From NCBI RefSeq assembly GCF_006345805.1, contig NW_021829717.1, forward strand, positions 1 through 5,948: 5,948 nt of DNA. Reading direction: 5' to 3'. Source of the stretch: Octopus sinensis (Eukaryota). A program made the position numbers and the translations under genes. The first letter of the stretch is position 1. The number at the start of each line of letters is the position of its first letter. Below are positions 5,811-5,948 of this stretch, in pieces. The notes under the pieces were generated by a model. That model saw nothing but the letters and a program-made list of their open reading frames with translations. It was not told where the DNA came from and searched no databases.

Positions 5811-5948
5811 TCATCTTATAACACAAATGGTGACCATTAACGTCGTCTGTTTGGGGTTTCACAGGGACCAGTTTTGTTTTTTCTTTCACTGCATTTATTA
5901 TAACCAGAGTAACAAGGGAGTGTCTATAACTCAATGCAGAACAAATAC

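Noticed and set aside
3513-5934. ORFs with poly-Leu/Ile, poly-Tyr, poly-Asn, poly-Val, poly-Pro/Thr and poly-His runs
   Set aside because: All are explained by (ATT)n, (CA)n, (GGT)n and (CAC)n tracts.

Overview
Non-coding, repeat-saturated, AT-rich eukaryotic DNA. The microsatellite load and repeat families look like an octopod cephalopod genome; that assignment is from recall and is not verified. No intact protein-coding gene is supported, and most ORF-track entries are translated microsatellites. The window is a layered graveyard of mobile elements: (1) four units of one tRNA-derived SINE superfamily, namely a monomer with a 16-bp TSD, a head-to-tail partial dimer with a perfect 20-bp TSD, and a copy with a different 3' tail; (2) an unrelated tRNA-derived SINE on the minus strand with an 11-bp TSD; (3) a frameshifted hAT (Buster/Charlie-type) transposase fossil split by the SINE dimer; (4) a one-ended mariner remnant; (5) a short R4/Dong-like LINE C-terminal fragment and a ~457-bp unclassified island, both tied to (ATT)n arrays. 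The most interesting signal is that all three 3' junctions of the main SINE read AAAGAAATA|G(G/A)TA. The same GGTA motif lies in the SINE's own head exactly where the second dimer unit starts, which suggests a target preference that lets the SINE insert into itself and build tandem arrays.
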